A DNA stretch of 64,000 nt, taken from NCBI GenBank assembly GCA_963705725.1, contig CAVPKM010000007.1, forward strand, positions 64,001-128,000. The letters are read 5' to 3'. The notes under the pieces are model-generated. The model saw only the letters and a program-made list of their open reading frames with translations, made no database searches and was not told the origin of the DNA. Source of the stretch: an uncultured Gammaproteobacteria bacterium (GTDB lineage: Bacteria > Pseudomonadota > Gammaproteobacteria > UBA6002). Position numbers and translations under genes: made by a program. Below, one piece after another: positions 1-9,180 of this stretch. Each line of letters begins with the position of its first letter. Positions within the stretch are counted from its first letter, which is position 1.

Positions 1-100
1 GTAATAACCCATTCTCTAAACCCTGAACTAAGTCGTTGATTGCTTGTGGTTGATCCCCAGCAGGCGGAAATTTTGCATCGAGGGTTAACTTTTTGCTCAT
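1..100 (-). CDS. uvrB: Excinuclease ABC subunit B, N-terminus (partial, runs off window)
   Basis: Reverse strand from ATG at 100 reads MSKKLTLDAKFPPAGDQPQAINDLVQGLENGLL, the UvrB FxPAGDQPxAI start. Divergent from the aminotransferase, the usual uvrB-aspC-tRNA-Asn layout. Not in the ORF track. Confidence 0.9.
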   Translation of the reverse strand, partial: MSKKLTLDAKFPPAGDQPQAINDLVQGLENGLL

Positions 101-172
101 AGAAATTGTTGCTTCAAATTTGTGATTTTAACGATTATCATACTATTTTTTGCTCTTGATAGGATATAAATT

Positions 173-1372
173 ATGAACTTACTACTTTCCAAAAAAGTTG
201 AATCGGTTAAGCCTTCTCCAACTTTGGCGGTATCTAATCGCGCTACAGAATTAAAAGCCAGCGGCAAAGATATTATTGATCTCGGGGTGGGTGAACCGGA
301 TTTTGATACCCCAGAACATATTAAAGAAGCAGCAATCAAAGCAATACACGATGGTTTTACTAAATACACAGCCGTTGAAGGAATTGCAAGCTTAAAAAAA
401 GCCATCTCAATAAAATTTGCTAAAGAAAATAACCTCCATTATGCAATCAACCAAATTCTCGTATCAAATGGCGCTAAGCAAAGCTTATATAATTTATTCC
501 AAGCGGTTCTTAACCCGGGTGATGAAGTGCTTATTCCCGCTCCTTACTGGGTGTCTTACCCAGACATGGCGCTGCTGGCTGATGCTACCCCTATCATTCT
601 TCCTGCCGAAATTGAGCACTTGTTTAAAATTACTGCCGTTCAACTAGAAAAGGCCATTACGCCAAAAACAAAATTGATGGTAATCAACAGCCCCTCTAAT
701 CCTACCGGGGTGGCCTATACCCGTGAGGAACTCACAGCGATCGCTGCTGTTTTGCTAAAACATCCACAAGTTATTATTGTTACAGATGATATATATGAAC
801 ATATTTTATGGCGCGATGAGCCCTTCGTTAACATTTTAAATGTCTGTCCTGAATTATCTGATCGAACTGTTGTTGTCAATGGTGTATCTAAAGCCTATGC
901 CATGACTGGCTGGCGTATTGGTTATGCGGCAGGTCCTATTCAAATTATTAATGCAATGAAAAAAGTGCAATCCCAAAGCACTTCTAATCCAAATTCAATT
1001 GCTCAAATTGCAGCTCAAGCCGCCTTAGAAGGGGATACGCGAGATTTAATTCGAATGGTGAGTGCTTTCAAAGAAAGACATGATTTTGTTGTCCCCGCGT
1101 TAAATAAAATTGAAGGAATAGAATGTTTACAGGCAGATGGAACTTTTTATGCCTTCCCTAATGCTAAAAAACTAATTTCAAATTTAAATTTCAATAATGA
1201 TATTGAGCTTGCTGATTTCATTTTAAATGAGGCCGAGGTTGCAGTGGTTCCCGGATCAGCATTTGGCTCTGAAGGTTATTTGCGGTTGTCTTATGCAACC
1301 AACTTGGATGCGTTAAGCAAGGCTATGGATAGAATCAAGCAAGCGATCGAAAAAAAACTAAAAGTCGGTTAA
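173..1372 (+). CDS. aspC: PLP-dependent aspartate aminotransferase, class I/II
   Basis: GEPDF, NSPSNPTG, DDIY and SKAYAMTGWRIGY (PLP lysine) motifs; 399 aa. Confidence 0.92.
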   Translation: MNLLLSKKVESVKPSPTLAVSNRATELKASGKDIIDLGVGEPDFDTPEHIKEAAIKAIHDGFTKYTAVEGIASLKKAISIKFAKENNLHYAINQILVSNGAKQSLYNLFQAVLNPGDEVLIPAPYWVSYPDMALLADATPIILPAEIEHLFKITAVQLEKAITPKTKLMVINSPSNPTGVAYTREELTAIAAVLLKHPQVIIVTDDIYEHILWRDEPFVNILNVCPELSDRTVVVNGVSKAYAMTGWRIGYAAGPIQIINAMKKVQSQSTSNPNSIAQIAAQAALEGDTRDLIRMVSAFKERHDFVVPALNKIEGIECLQADGTFYAFPNAKKLISNLNFNNDIELADFILNEAEVAVVPGSAFGSEGYLRLSYATNLDALSKAMDRIKQAIEKKLKVG

Positions 1373-1402
1373 ACCAGGCATTAAAAAAAGTGATAAAACC
1401 TA

Positions 1403-1431
1403 TTGACCAAACTTTAATGCCTCAGTAGTAT
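1403..1431 (+). promoter_or_regulatory. Sigma70-like promoter of tRNA-Asn
   Basis: TTGACC-17 bp-TAGTAT, 12 nt upstream of the tRNA. Confidence 0.65.
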
Positions 1432-1443
1432 ACCTTTTCCCGT

Positions 1444-1519
<76 letters not shown>

Positions 1520-1523
1520 AATA

Positions 1524-1536
1524 ATCAAGCACTTAC
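1524..1536 (+). repeat. 13-bp motif ATCAAGCACTTAC, 4 nt after the tRNA-Asn CCA
   Basis: Exact reverse complement at 49992-50004, 4 nt after the tRNA-Phe CCA. Confidence 0.85.
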
Positions 1537-1866
1537 AACAAAATTCAAAAATTTCCCATTTATGTGTGCGGGATTTTTCGGGAGCTTGCTCCCGAAATAT
1601 TTTTTAGCATGGTAAGTGAATGCCATTCACCTTCTTTTCGTTAATATAGCGCTTGATAAACATCACACTTAAACCGCTGCCCCCTGATAAAGCCGCTAAC
1701 TTTATCCTGATTATTTTCTTATATCAAAATCATTGTTAATGGATTGGTCTTTACAAAATGGAAGATGCTTTCCTTAAAATTTAAAAATAAATTTAAATAT
1801 TTTAACTACAAATAATGGAATTTTTTGCTAAAATTTTATTGGATATGTCGATAATAGGAGAAAAAA

Positions 1867-2013
1867 ATGACGATAAGCAGAAATTCTTCAAAAAATTCTC
1901 AGAGTCATCAGACTAGAGTCCAAGCAGGTAAAAAAGCTGCTAAAACAAGAGGCCGTGCCAGCCTAGCAGAAGCTGGACGAAAAGGAGGAAAAGTAAGAGG
2001 GAAAAAGATGTAA
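1867..2013 (+). CDS. Small KGG-motif stress protein (48 aa, single repeat unit)
   Basis: AGGAG RBS at 1856-1860; MTISRNSSKNSQSHQTRVQAGKKAAKTRGRASLAEAGRKGGKVRGKKM; one copy of the unit repeated in the next gene. Not in the ORF track. Confidence 0.8.
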   Translation: MTISRNSSKNSQSHQTRVQAGKKAAKTRGRASLAEAGRKGGKVRGKKM

Positions 2014-2042
2014 GCAATTAACTTTTAATGGAGGAATTTAAT

Positions 2043-2483
2043 ATGATAAATAATCCAAAATCTAAAAATCAATACCAACAAACTCGTGTGGAAGCAGGTA
2101 AAAAAGCGGCTGAAACACGTGGCCATGAAAGTCTAGGTGAAGCTGGACGAAAAGGCGCAGAAGCTAGAACGCATGAAAGTCGTGTAGAAGGCGGTAAAAA
2201 GGCTGCGGAAACACGTGGTCATGAAAGCTTAGCTGAAGCTGGAAGAAAAGGAGCTGAAGAAAGAACGCATGGAAGTCGTGTAGAAGGCGGTAAAAAGGCT
2301 GCGGAAACACGTGGTCATGAAAGCTTGGCTGAAGCTGGAAGAAAAGGAGCTGAAGAAAGAACGCATGAAAGTCGTGTAGAAGGCGGTAAAAAGGCTGCGG
2401 AAACACGTGGTCATGAAAGCTTAGCTGAAGCCGGAAGAAAGGGTGGGGAAGCAAGAGGAAAAGATAATAAAAATAGAGAATAG
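2043..2483 (+). CDS. KGG-repeat hydrophilin (GsiB/YciG/LEA-like stress protein)
   Basis: Four 32-aa units HESRVEGGKKAAETRGHESLAEAGRKGAEERT ending AGRKGG; GGAGGA RBS favours ATG 2043 over 2028. Confidence 0.85.
   Translation: MINNPKSKNQYQQTRVEAGKKAAETRGHESLGEAGRKGAEARTHESRVEGGKKAAETRGHESLAEAGRKGAEERTHGSRVEGGKKAAETRGHESLAEAGRKGAEERTHESRVEGGKKAAETRGHESLAEAGRKGGEARGKDNKNRE
2084..2458 (+). repeat. 96-bp coding tandem repeat, about 4 copies
   Basis: GCATG(A/G)AAGTCGTGTAGAAGG recurs at 2171, 2267 and 2363. Confidence 0.95.
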
Positions 2484-2496
2484 TTCTTTAAACCAA

Positions 2497-4013
2497 GAGG
2501 CTATAAAATTTTTTGTGTAACTGGATTTAGTCAGTATAAACTAACTGAAACAAGGAGTACTGACTATGGCGACAAAACTCACTTCATTTGATCCGCAAAT
2601 GATAGATAATTTGATTAAGGACTGCAAAACCCAAGAAGATATGTTTGGCGAAGGAGGTCTTCTGAAAAACTTGACGAAGGCACTTTTGGAAAGGGCCATG
2701 CAAGGAGAGATGAGCAGCCACTTGGGCTACGAGAAAAATGAGGCTAAAGGTAAGAATAGCGGCAATTCTCGAAATGGATATTCAGAAAAAACTTTAAAGG
2801 GCGAAAATGGCGAATTTACTATCCAGGTACCGAGAGATCGAAATGCAGATTTTTCTCCCCAGATTGTTGCTAAGAACCAAACGCGTTTTGAAGGGTTTGA
2901 TGACAAAATCATCAGCCTTTATGCGAGAGGGATGACGACACGTGATATACAGGGGCAATTGCAAGAGCTCTATGGGGTAGAAGTCTCTCCTACTTTCATT
3001 TCCAATGTGACCAACGAAGTCATTGAGGAAGTGAAAACTTGGCAGTGTCGTCCCTTGGATAAACTTTATCCCATTGTTTACTTTGATGCCTTAATGATCA
3101 AAGTTAAAGAAGATAAGCGAGTGATTAACAAAGCCTTTTATCTTGCTTTGGGTGTAGATCTTGAAGGGCAAAAAGAATTACTGGGAATTTGGATTAGCCA
3201 AACGGAAAGTTCAAAATTTTGGCTCAATGTGTTATCTGAATTGCAGCATCGTGGTGTGGGAGATATTTTGATTGCTTGCGTTGATGGCCTTACGGGCTTT
3301 CCTGATGCCATTTCAACGGTATTTCCCAAGACCCAGGTTCAACTTTGCATTGTTCATATGATTCGAAATTCACTACGCTATGTTCCTTGGAAAAGCCGTA
3401 AGCAAGTGGCGGCGGATTTAAAAACGATTTATGGCGCAAAGACACTCGATGAAGCCGAATTATGTCTCGCTACTTTTTCCGAGAAGTGGGACGAGCATTA
3501 CCCTTCTATCAGTAAAAGTTGGCTGACTCACTGGGAAAATGTCACGCCTTTTTTTGGCTACTCTTCTGAAATTCGTCGCGCGATTTATACTACGAATGCA
3601 GTTGAATCCGTGAATATGAGCCTTCGGAAGGTTATTAAAAGTAAGCGCGTTTTTCCTTCGGATGATGCGGCTTTGAAGCAGCTATATTTAGCGCTTAAAA
3701 ATATTTCAAAAAAATGGACAATGCCAATACGAAATTGGGGTGATGCCATGAATCGTTTTATGATCCTGTTCGAAGACAGGCTAAAAGGAGCGATTTAGTT
3801 TAAGAACTGATTTAAAATTTTGTGCCTTCGATCGCCTGTGGATATATGCACAAACTGACTCGTTGCACTCGTCAGTATTGCGCACATACCCACAGGCACA
3901 ATAATTTTATTTGTTTATTTAAAAAATTTTTGTTATTTTAATTTCGCTATCTGGAATTCGGTAGCAAAAAATCTGCTGACTCAACCTGCTTACACAAAAT
4001 TATTTACGCTACC
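2497..4013 (+). mobile_element. IS256-family insertion sequence, complete, with 8-bp target-site duplication
   Basis: Imperfect IRs GAGGCTATAAAATTTTTTGTGTAA / (rc) GGTAGCGTAAATAATTTTGTGTAA; TAAACCAA duplicated at 2489-2496 and 4014-4021. Confidence 0.93.
2566..3798 (+). CDS. IS256-family (Mutator) DDE transposase
   Basis: NSRNGY, VPRDR, YFDAL, CVDGLTGF, QLCIVH and YTTNAVES motifs; 410 aa. Confidence 0.97.
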   Translation: MATKLTSFDPQMIDNLIKDCKTQEDMFGEGGLLKNLTKALLERAMQGEMSSHLGYEKNEAKGKNSGNSRNGYSEKTLKGENGEFTIQVPRDRNADFSPQIVAKNQTRFEGFDDKIISLYARGMTTRDIQGQLQELYGVEVSPTFISNVTNEVIEEVKTWQCRPLDKLYPIVYFDALMIKVKEDKRVINKAFYLALGVDLEGQKELLGIWISQTESSKFWLNVLSELQHRGVGDILIACVDGLTGFPDAISTVFPKTQVQLCIVHMIRNSLRYVPWKSRKQVAADLKTIYGAKTLDEAELCLATFSEKWDEHYPSISKSWLTHWENVTPFFGYSSEIRRAIYTTNAVESVNMSLRKVIKSKRVFPSDDAALKQLYLALKNISKKWTMPIRNWGDAMNRFMILFEDRLKGAI

Positions 4014-4025
4014 TAAACCAAGGTT

Positions 4026-4057
4026 TAAGCACTCGTTTGATTCGAAGCGAGTGCTTA
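4026..4057 (+). terminator. Hairpin, likely the original terminator of the KGG genes
   Basis: TAAGCACTCG...CGAGTGCTTA stem immediately after the right TSD. Confidence 0.55.
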
Positions 4058-4513
4058 CCTTGAGCTCTATAGCATTAACTTGATGTTGAGTTAAAACCGC
4101 TTGCGATTTTTATAAGCGCTGTGTGTTTTTAGCAAATGCAATCCCCTCCTTTTTCCTTTTTTCCTTAATTGGCAAAAGCTTCCAGGGCAGAGAGGAGCAA
4201 TAATGTTAACATAGGCGAATCTCCACCAGTGAGTCAGCTTTCTTTCATCCACCCTAATCAGTTAACTGGATAACCCACACATAAGTCATTTATTCGCGTG
4301 CTAGGGACCCCTTCAATTACTGAATTGTACTGAATTGGCTAAAGCCGAGGTTCGTGCATTTCCGAGAAGGGAAGGATTAAATAGCTGGAAACTCCCATTC
4401 CCTATATCCAGGGCATACAGATGCTACAGGCAATGGTTTTAGCACCAAAGCTATTGGTATTGTATAGATAAAGAATCTAAAATATAAATAATGTATATTT
4501 TTGGAGGAATATT

Positions 4514-4591
4514 ATGTGGTACATCATAGGTTGGTTACTTGGAATTCCAGTCATTCTGCTTTTAATAATTTGGATAATTTCACATATTTAG
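4514..4591 (+). CDS. 25-aa single-TM membrane peptide
   Basis: GGAGGA RBS at 4503-4508; MWYIIGWLLGIPVILLLIIWIISHI; directly upstream of a membrane-protein gene. Not in the ORF track. Confidence 0.7.
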   Translation: MWYIIGWLLGIPVILLLIIWIISHI

Positions 4592-4630
4592 ATAACAAAA
4601 AAATATTTTTCCCACAAATAGGAGACTGCT

Positions 4631-5284
4631 ATGCAAAAAGATCTTAAAGAGTTTATCATTCCGGAATGGGCTAGGCTCAAGATAATTTCCTGGAAGGCTA
4701 TCATTGCTGGTACCGTGGCAGCAATTTCAGTAGGCTTATTACTCAATACATTAGGCATCGGTATTGGGCTTGCAGCATTTACCACCAGTGAAAGCGGTGC
4801 GTTAACCTATGCCATTAGCGGAATATTATGGTTAATAATTAGTACATTCATTGCAATGACAATCGGTGGGTTGGTTGTAGGGATGCTTGTCAGAACGGAT
4901 TATAAATCGTTCGGTGGTGCATTACATGGCTTTTTAGTTTGGGGCTTGTCTTCAATATTACTCTTCTTACTAACGAGCATGGTAATCATTCCAACCGTCG
5001 CTGAAATAGCACATGGTGCGGCAAGTAACCCCGCCTTAATTAACCAAGCACAAGCTGATTCTCGTCCGGCTTCTCATGTTATGGTGACATATAATAGTCG
5101 TACTGACACAAAAACAATTTCTACGTCTGTTAATACTCAAAAGTCACTAAATTTTGCAGGTGGGTTTTCACTATTATTTTTCTTTGCGTCTCTAATGGGC
5201 TTAATTGGAGCCATAATAGGAGCTAAAGTAGGCGTCAAAGATTACTTTGATCATCAACACAATCCTGAATTTAAAAGAGATTAA
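4631..5284 (+). CDS. Multi-pass membrane protein (ISW-x-AIIAG family, function unknown)
   Basis: Four hydrophobic segments; ISWKAIIAG...LGIGIGL and GALHGFLVWGL motifs; GGAGA RBS. Confidence 0.8.
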   Translation: MQKDLKEFIIPEWARLKIISWKAIIAGTVAAISVGLLLNTLGIGIGLAAFTTSESGALTYAISGILWLIISTFIAMTIGGLVVGMLVRTDYKSFGGALHGFLVWGLSSILLFLLTSMVIIPTVAEIAHGAASNPALINQAQADSRPASHVMVTYNSRTDTKTISTSVNTQKSLNFAGGFSLLFFFASLMGLIGAIIGAKVGVKDYFDHQHNPEFKRD

Positions 5285-5518
5285 TTGTTTTTCAATTATC
5301 AGAATGTGCCTTCCTGGAGTTTTTAAAAACATGCTTTTCTCTGCATTGACCTAGATAAGTAGCGAAGAAATTATTCTTCAGCAAATAAAGCCATCCGTCG
5401 AGAAAGCACGGTACGCGCTATTTAAGTATTTTTCTCTGGGGGGGATTCAATTTGGTATAAAAAAATAAAAAATTTGACAATTATTAATAGAAATATAATA
5501 TATTAGGATTTGTAGGTT

Positions 5519-6853
5519 ATGGGGTTTATCATGAAATTAAGCATACGGGATTCAAAAAGAAAAATAATCATTCTAAATGTCGAGCCTAGGATGAGCGTTA
5601 TTGATTTAAGAATTAAGTTGTATGAACTAAATGACCAAATTGATGAAATCATTTTATACCCTGACGATACCGTTGAAAATGGCATCACACTTGAAAATAA
5701 TCAAACTTTAGAAAACTATGCGATCAATGAAAATAGCTTAATCAAATTAGCTCCTCTCCTTGAAATTCCCAGTGAATTTTTTTGTCCCGTTTCTCTGTGT
5801 ATTTTCTTAAAGCCAGTTAAACTGCCTTGTGGCGCCACCATAGAATGTGAAGTCATCGAAAAGCATATCAAGCTGGCAGGGACTTGCCCTTTTACTCGAA
5901 AACCACTCACTACAACAGAATTGATCAAAGACACTATTCTGGAAGATCGAGTTAACAAGTTATTTGAGCAACATAAAAATAGTGCTGCTATTGAAGTATT
6001 AAATATAAAAAGATATCAATTAGAGGCGCCTGCCTTAAGTTTTCAAAATGACAGTCCGAGAGGACCGAGTGAGCCAAGTACAGATGATCAATTAGCGATG
6101 CATGCAGATCAGCCACCATCGAATGAAAATCCTCTAACTCAGGCACTAAGCGTTGTCAGAATGATACTTTCACTTGAACCAAATTTATTTGAATACGTAC
6201 AACCAGAGAACACAATAGCAACAACTGAAAATCAATTAAATGCTTGGCAAGCAGGAGCGCTAGAAAAGTTGCAACATCGCGGCTTAACTGAAGAAATGCT
6301 ACGAGCCTATAATCATAATGATCACAAATTTGATAATCATCATGCCTTTGCATTGGAAACGCTAGTTGAAAGCCGAGAGTTTTCCATCCAAGAAGCACTA
6401 GCTGAAATTGAAGGCTTGTCAGGTCATCAAGCAGAGGGTATTCGAAGGGGTTTAACTCGCCCTGAAGTTATCGATATGAATATTTGGCAGATAGAAACGC
6501 TAGTAAGCCTTAAAAGCTATGGCCTGACAGCAGAAATGCTAAGAGCTCATTTTTATAATGTTCAAGAATTTCATGATGGTCATTGCTACGCCTTGAAAAA
6601 TCTAGTTCAAACTCGAGAGTTTTCCGTCCAAGAAGCACTAGATGAAATTGAAGGCTTATCACCCTATCAAGTAGGGCGTATTCGAAACGGTTCAACTCGT
6701 GCTGAAGCAATCAATACTGGCGAAGCAGCAGCTAACGGTGGCCGTCACATGGCTTTGTTACCTTTTTTTAGCACTCTCCGACCTCGTACTGTGGAACGAC
6801 AGACAGGAAGTAATTACTCAATTAACGATGGGGCATCAAATGCATTCAAATAA
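5519..6853 (+). CDS. Ubiquitin-like + U-box + 2x80-aa repeat protein; candidate E3-ligase effector
   Basis: N-terminus aligns by eye to ubiquitin; U-box IPSEFFCPVS...PVKLPCG...CPFTRKPL; repeats start at 6236 and 6476. Confidence 0.8.
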   Translation: MGFIMKLSIRDSKRKIIILNVEPRMSVIDLRIKLYELNDQIDEIILYPDDTVENGITLENNQTLENYAINENSLIKLAPLLEIPSEFFCPVSLCIFLKPVKLPCGATIECEVIEKHIKLAGTCPFTRKPLTTTELIKDTILEDRVNKLFEQHKNSAAIEVLNIKRYQLEAPALSFQNDSPRGPSEPSTDDQLAMHADQPPSNENPLTQALSVVRMILSLEPNLFEYVQPENTIATTENQLNAWQAGALEKLQHRGLTEEMLRAYNHNDHKFDNHHAFALETLVESREFSIQEALAEIEGLSGHQAEGIRRGLTRPEVIDMNIWQIETLVSLKSYGLTAEMLRAHFYNVQEFHDGHCYALKNLVQTREFSVQEALDEIEGLSPYQVGRIRNGSTRAEAINTGEAAANGGRHMALLPFFSTLRPRTVERQTGSNYSINDGASNAFK

Positions 6854-7450
6854 CAATGAATGGGTGCCGATTTATATCACTGTTCGAGTATTAACAGACA
6901 AGAAGTTTGAAGGATATATGAATAGTAATCCTGATCCAGGGTGCGAGTTTCTTTATATTTATTAAGGCCAGATCAAGTTGAGCTTGGTCCAGCTAACTTT
7001 TCTTTAGCGTTACATGCGGGTTCTATCGAAGGTTCAGGAACAGAATCTAGACTCCATCGCCAGATTTAATGGCCTATCCACAAACATGGCCTCAGCCTCT
7101 GCAATCTCTAAGCCCACTTGACGACCTTTTGAGCCGGAAAATGAAATGGGGGTTGGGCGCGACCAGACTAGCCTGACTAGCTATAAAGTATTGATCGCTT
7201 CCGGCCGACTTGAGAATGCACCTTCGATTGCGTTAATGACGATTGATAAGCTGATTTACTGTATCAAGGAGAAAATAGTGATCGACTTTTCACCAGAGGA
7301 AGCCGCCTTTATTGAGCAAAACAATTCCTTTCAGGGTTAGGCAAAAGAGTTCCTCAATTTGGTGCATTGATTATTCAAATTTTAGAAAACACGCCAAGGC
7401 CTCAAAAGACTGACGCTTGTTCCGTTCAATAAGCTAGCATTGTCCCCTAT

Positions 7451-8392
7451 TTATGGGCCAGGGTGGCGCTCAGGAAATGTATTCATCACATCCTCTATAA
7501 TATCACTAATGGAGGGTTCTATCTCCTGTAAAGCATTTAATATTTGAGGGAGAAGCTGAGCGAGTTCTTCTGGAGAGGTTGTTAGGTAAAATATATCATC
7601 CTCATCTCCAGGAAATAAACCGATGCCAGGAAGATCGGCCGTTATTCCATGATTTTGAAGGGCTTCTTTAAATAGCCGATTGTGCGCTATTGCAGATCTG
7701 AAGGTGTCTCCTTCCATATAAGTAGCCGTGATCCATAAGGTACAGTTTTCGGGATTATTTTTTATTTGCATTTCACTTATATAACTTGGATTACTATTAT
7801 AATAAATTTTTTTTTCTCCTAAATAATGCCAAAGTTCCCAGGTACCCCAATTAATCCGCTGAAGACGAGAGGCTGGTTGCTGCGCTGGAGCCTCAAAAAA
7901 CTGAGGTGCTTGAGGTTGTTGCGCTTGAAACGCCTGCGCACCCACTGCTTGTTGCATAGCTAAAACATCGTCTGGTGTTGGCGCAGCAGGCTGATTGGTC
8001 TGGGTTGAGGTGGGGCTAGGAGCCTCATAAGCATATCTTTCTTTATTAACAGCTTGCATCAAATCCTTGTAATCAGGGCGGTCTTTATTTTCGTTCAAAA
8101 ATTTGTTAATTTCGTTTTCTATTTCGTTTTTCACTGCAACCGCTGTAGCGATATTATTCACTTGTATTAATGTCATCGGCTGTCGATTAAAGGGATTTCT
8201 TCCAGTAATTCTGACAGATTCTTGTACAAAATGCCGTTCAACAGGGTCGGAGGATCCTGCAATAATGATAGGATCGGTTAAGATTGCGCCAGTAAGTTCT
8301 GAAATATACCCAAGTCTACTCATGTGCTTTTTAAATTCTTCGAGCAGCTCGTCTTTATTTTTAATAGGGTTTTCTTCAAATTTATGCTCCAT
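7451..8392 (-). CDS. U-box-like effector protein
   Basis: ISELTGAILTDPIII...VERHFV...RNPFNRQPM resembles a U-box; Q/P-rich linker; unrecognised C-terminal domain. Confidence 0.65.
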   Translation of the reverse strand: MEHKFEENPIKNKDELLEEFKKHMSRLGYISELTGAILTDPIIIAGSSDPVERHFVQESVRITGRNPFNRQPMTLIQVNNIATAVAVKNEIENEINKFLNENKDRPDYKDLMQAVNKERYAYEAPSPTSTQTNQPAAPTPDDVLAMQQAVGAQAFQAQQPQAPQFFEAPAQQPASRLQRINWGTWELWHYLGEKKIYYNSNPSYISEMQIKNNPENCTLWITATYMEGDTFRSAIAHNRLFKEALQNHGITADLPGIGLFPGDEDDIFYLTTSPEELAQLLPQILNALQEIEPSISDIIEDVMNTFPERHPGP

Positions 8393-8590
8393 ACCTCTCT
8401 CCAGTGCCTTTATACCCTAAAGTAAAAGTGATTCGTTCTCTTAACTGGGTGTTTTTGATTATGACTAAGCCAATTGCGATTCAGGTAAAAATTTTAAAAT
8501 TTTCGTATCTGTTAGTATAGGATACCGCGCTTATTTTTAAAAAATAATCACACTGTACTACAATATTTCTAATAATATGAAAGGACAGTA

Positions 8591-9109
8591 ATGATGAAAA
8601 ATAAAGAAAAGGTTATTATTTCAGTTCCCCCTAAACTTGCCACACCAAATGATTTATTACCTCATGGACGCCAAGAAATAGCAGCTGCTATCAACCCACT
8701 TGTTGCTGATTCATTTGCATTGTTCGTCAAGGTTAAAAATTTCCATTGGCATGTCTCTGGAAGTCATTATCGAGATTATCATTTACTTTTTGATGAACAC
8801 GCCACTCAGATCTTTGCAATGGTTGATGTGTTGGCAGAGCGTGTGAGAAAGCTAGGGGGAACTACTATTCGCTCTATTGCTCATATTAATCGAATACAAC
8901 AAATTTCCGATGATGATGAAAAATTTGTTGAACCAAGAGAAATGGTAAGAAGATTAATGCATGATAATGAAAGCTTTTTGAAAAACATGCGTAGTGCCCA
9001 TGAGGTATGCAGTAAATATAATGATTGCGCCACAACCAGCGTTCTTGAGGTATTTATTGACGAGACCGAACGCAGAGTTTGGTTCCTTTATGAAACCCAA
9101 ATTGAGTAG
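8591..9109 (+). CDS. dps: Dps-family DNA starvation/stationary-phase protection protein
   Basis: KNFHWHVSG...YHLLFDE...DVLAERVR ferroxidase motifs. Confidence 0.93.
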   Translation: MMKNKEKVIISVPPKLATPNDLLPHGRQEIAAAINPLVADSFALFVKVKNFHWHVSGSHYRDYHLLFDEHATQIFAMVDVLAERVRKLGGTTIRSIAHINRIQQISDDDEKFVEPREMVRRLMHDNESFLKNMRSAHEVCSKYNDCATTSVLEVFIDETERRVWFLYETQIE

Positions 9110-9180
9110 GCATATGGGTAACATGTTTCAACTTATAATATATTCTTTTTTTGGTCTTACACATAGCGTGAGGTAATTTT

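Noticed and set aside
97-647. ORFs 97-405 (-) and 417-647 (+)
   Set aside because: Shadow frames of aspC; the real minus-strand gene is uvrB starting at 100.
2164-2454. Repetitive minus-strand ORFs
   Set aside because: Antisense shadows of the KGG repeat.
2084-2458. Regular repeats as a CRISPR array
   Set aside because: Contiguous in-frame 96-bp coding repeats with no unique spacers and no cas genes.
4100-4450. GC-richer patch, possible intron or gene remnant
   Set aside because: No motif or fold could be assigned with confidence.
6699-7340. Short ORFs between the U-box genes
   Set aside because: No RBS or recognisable motif; probably debris.
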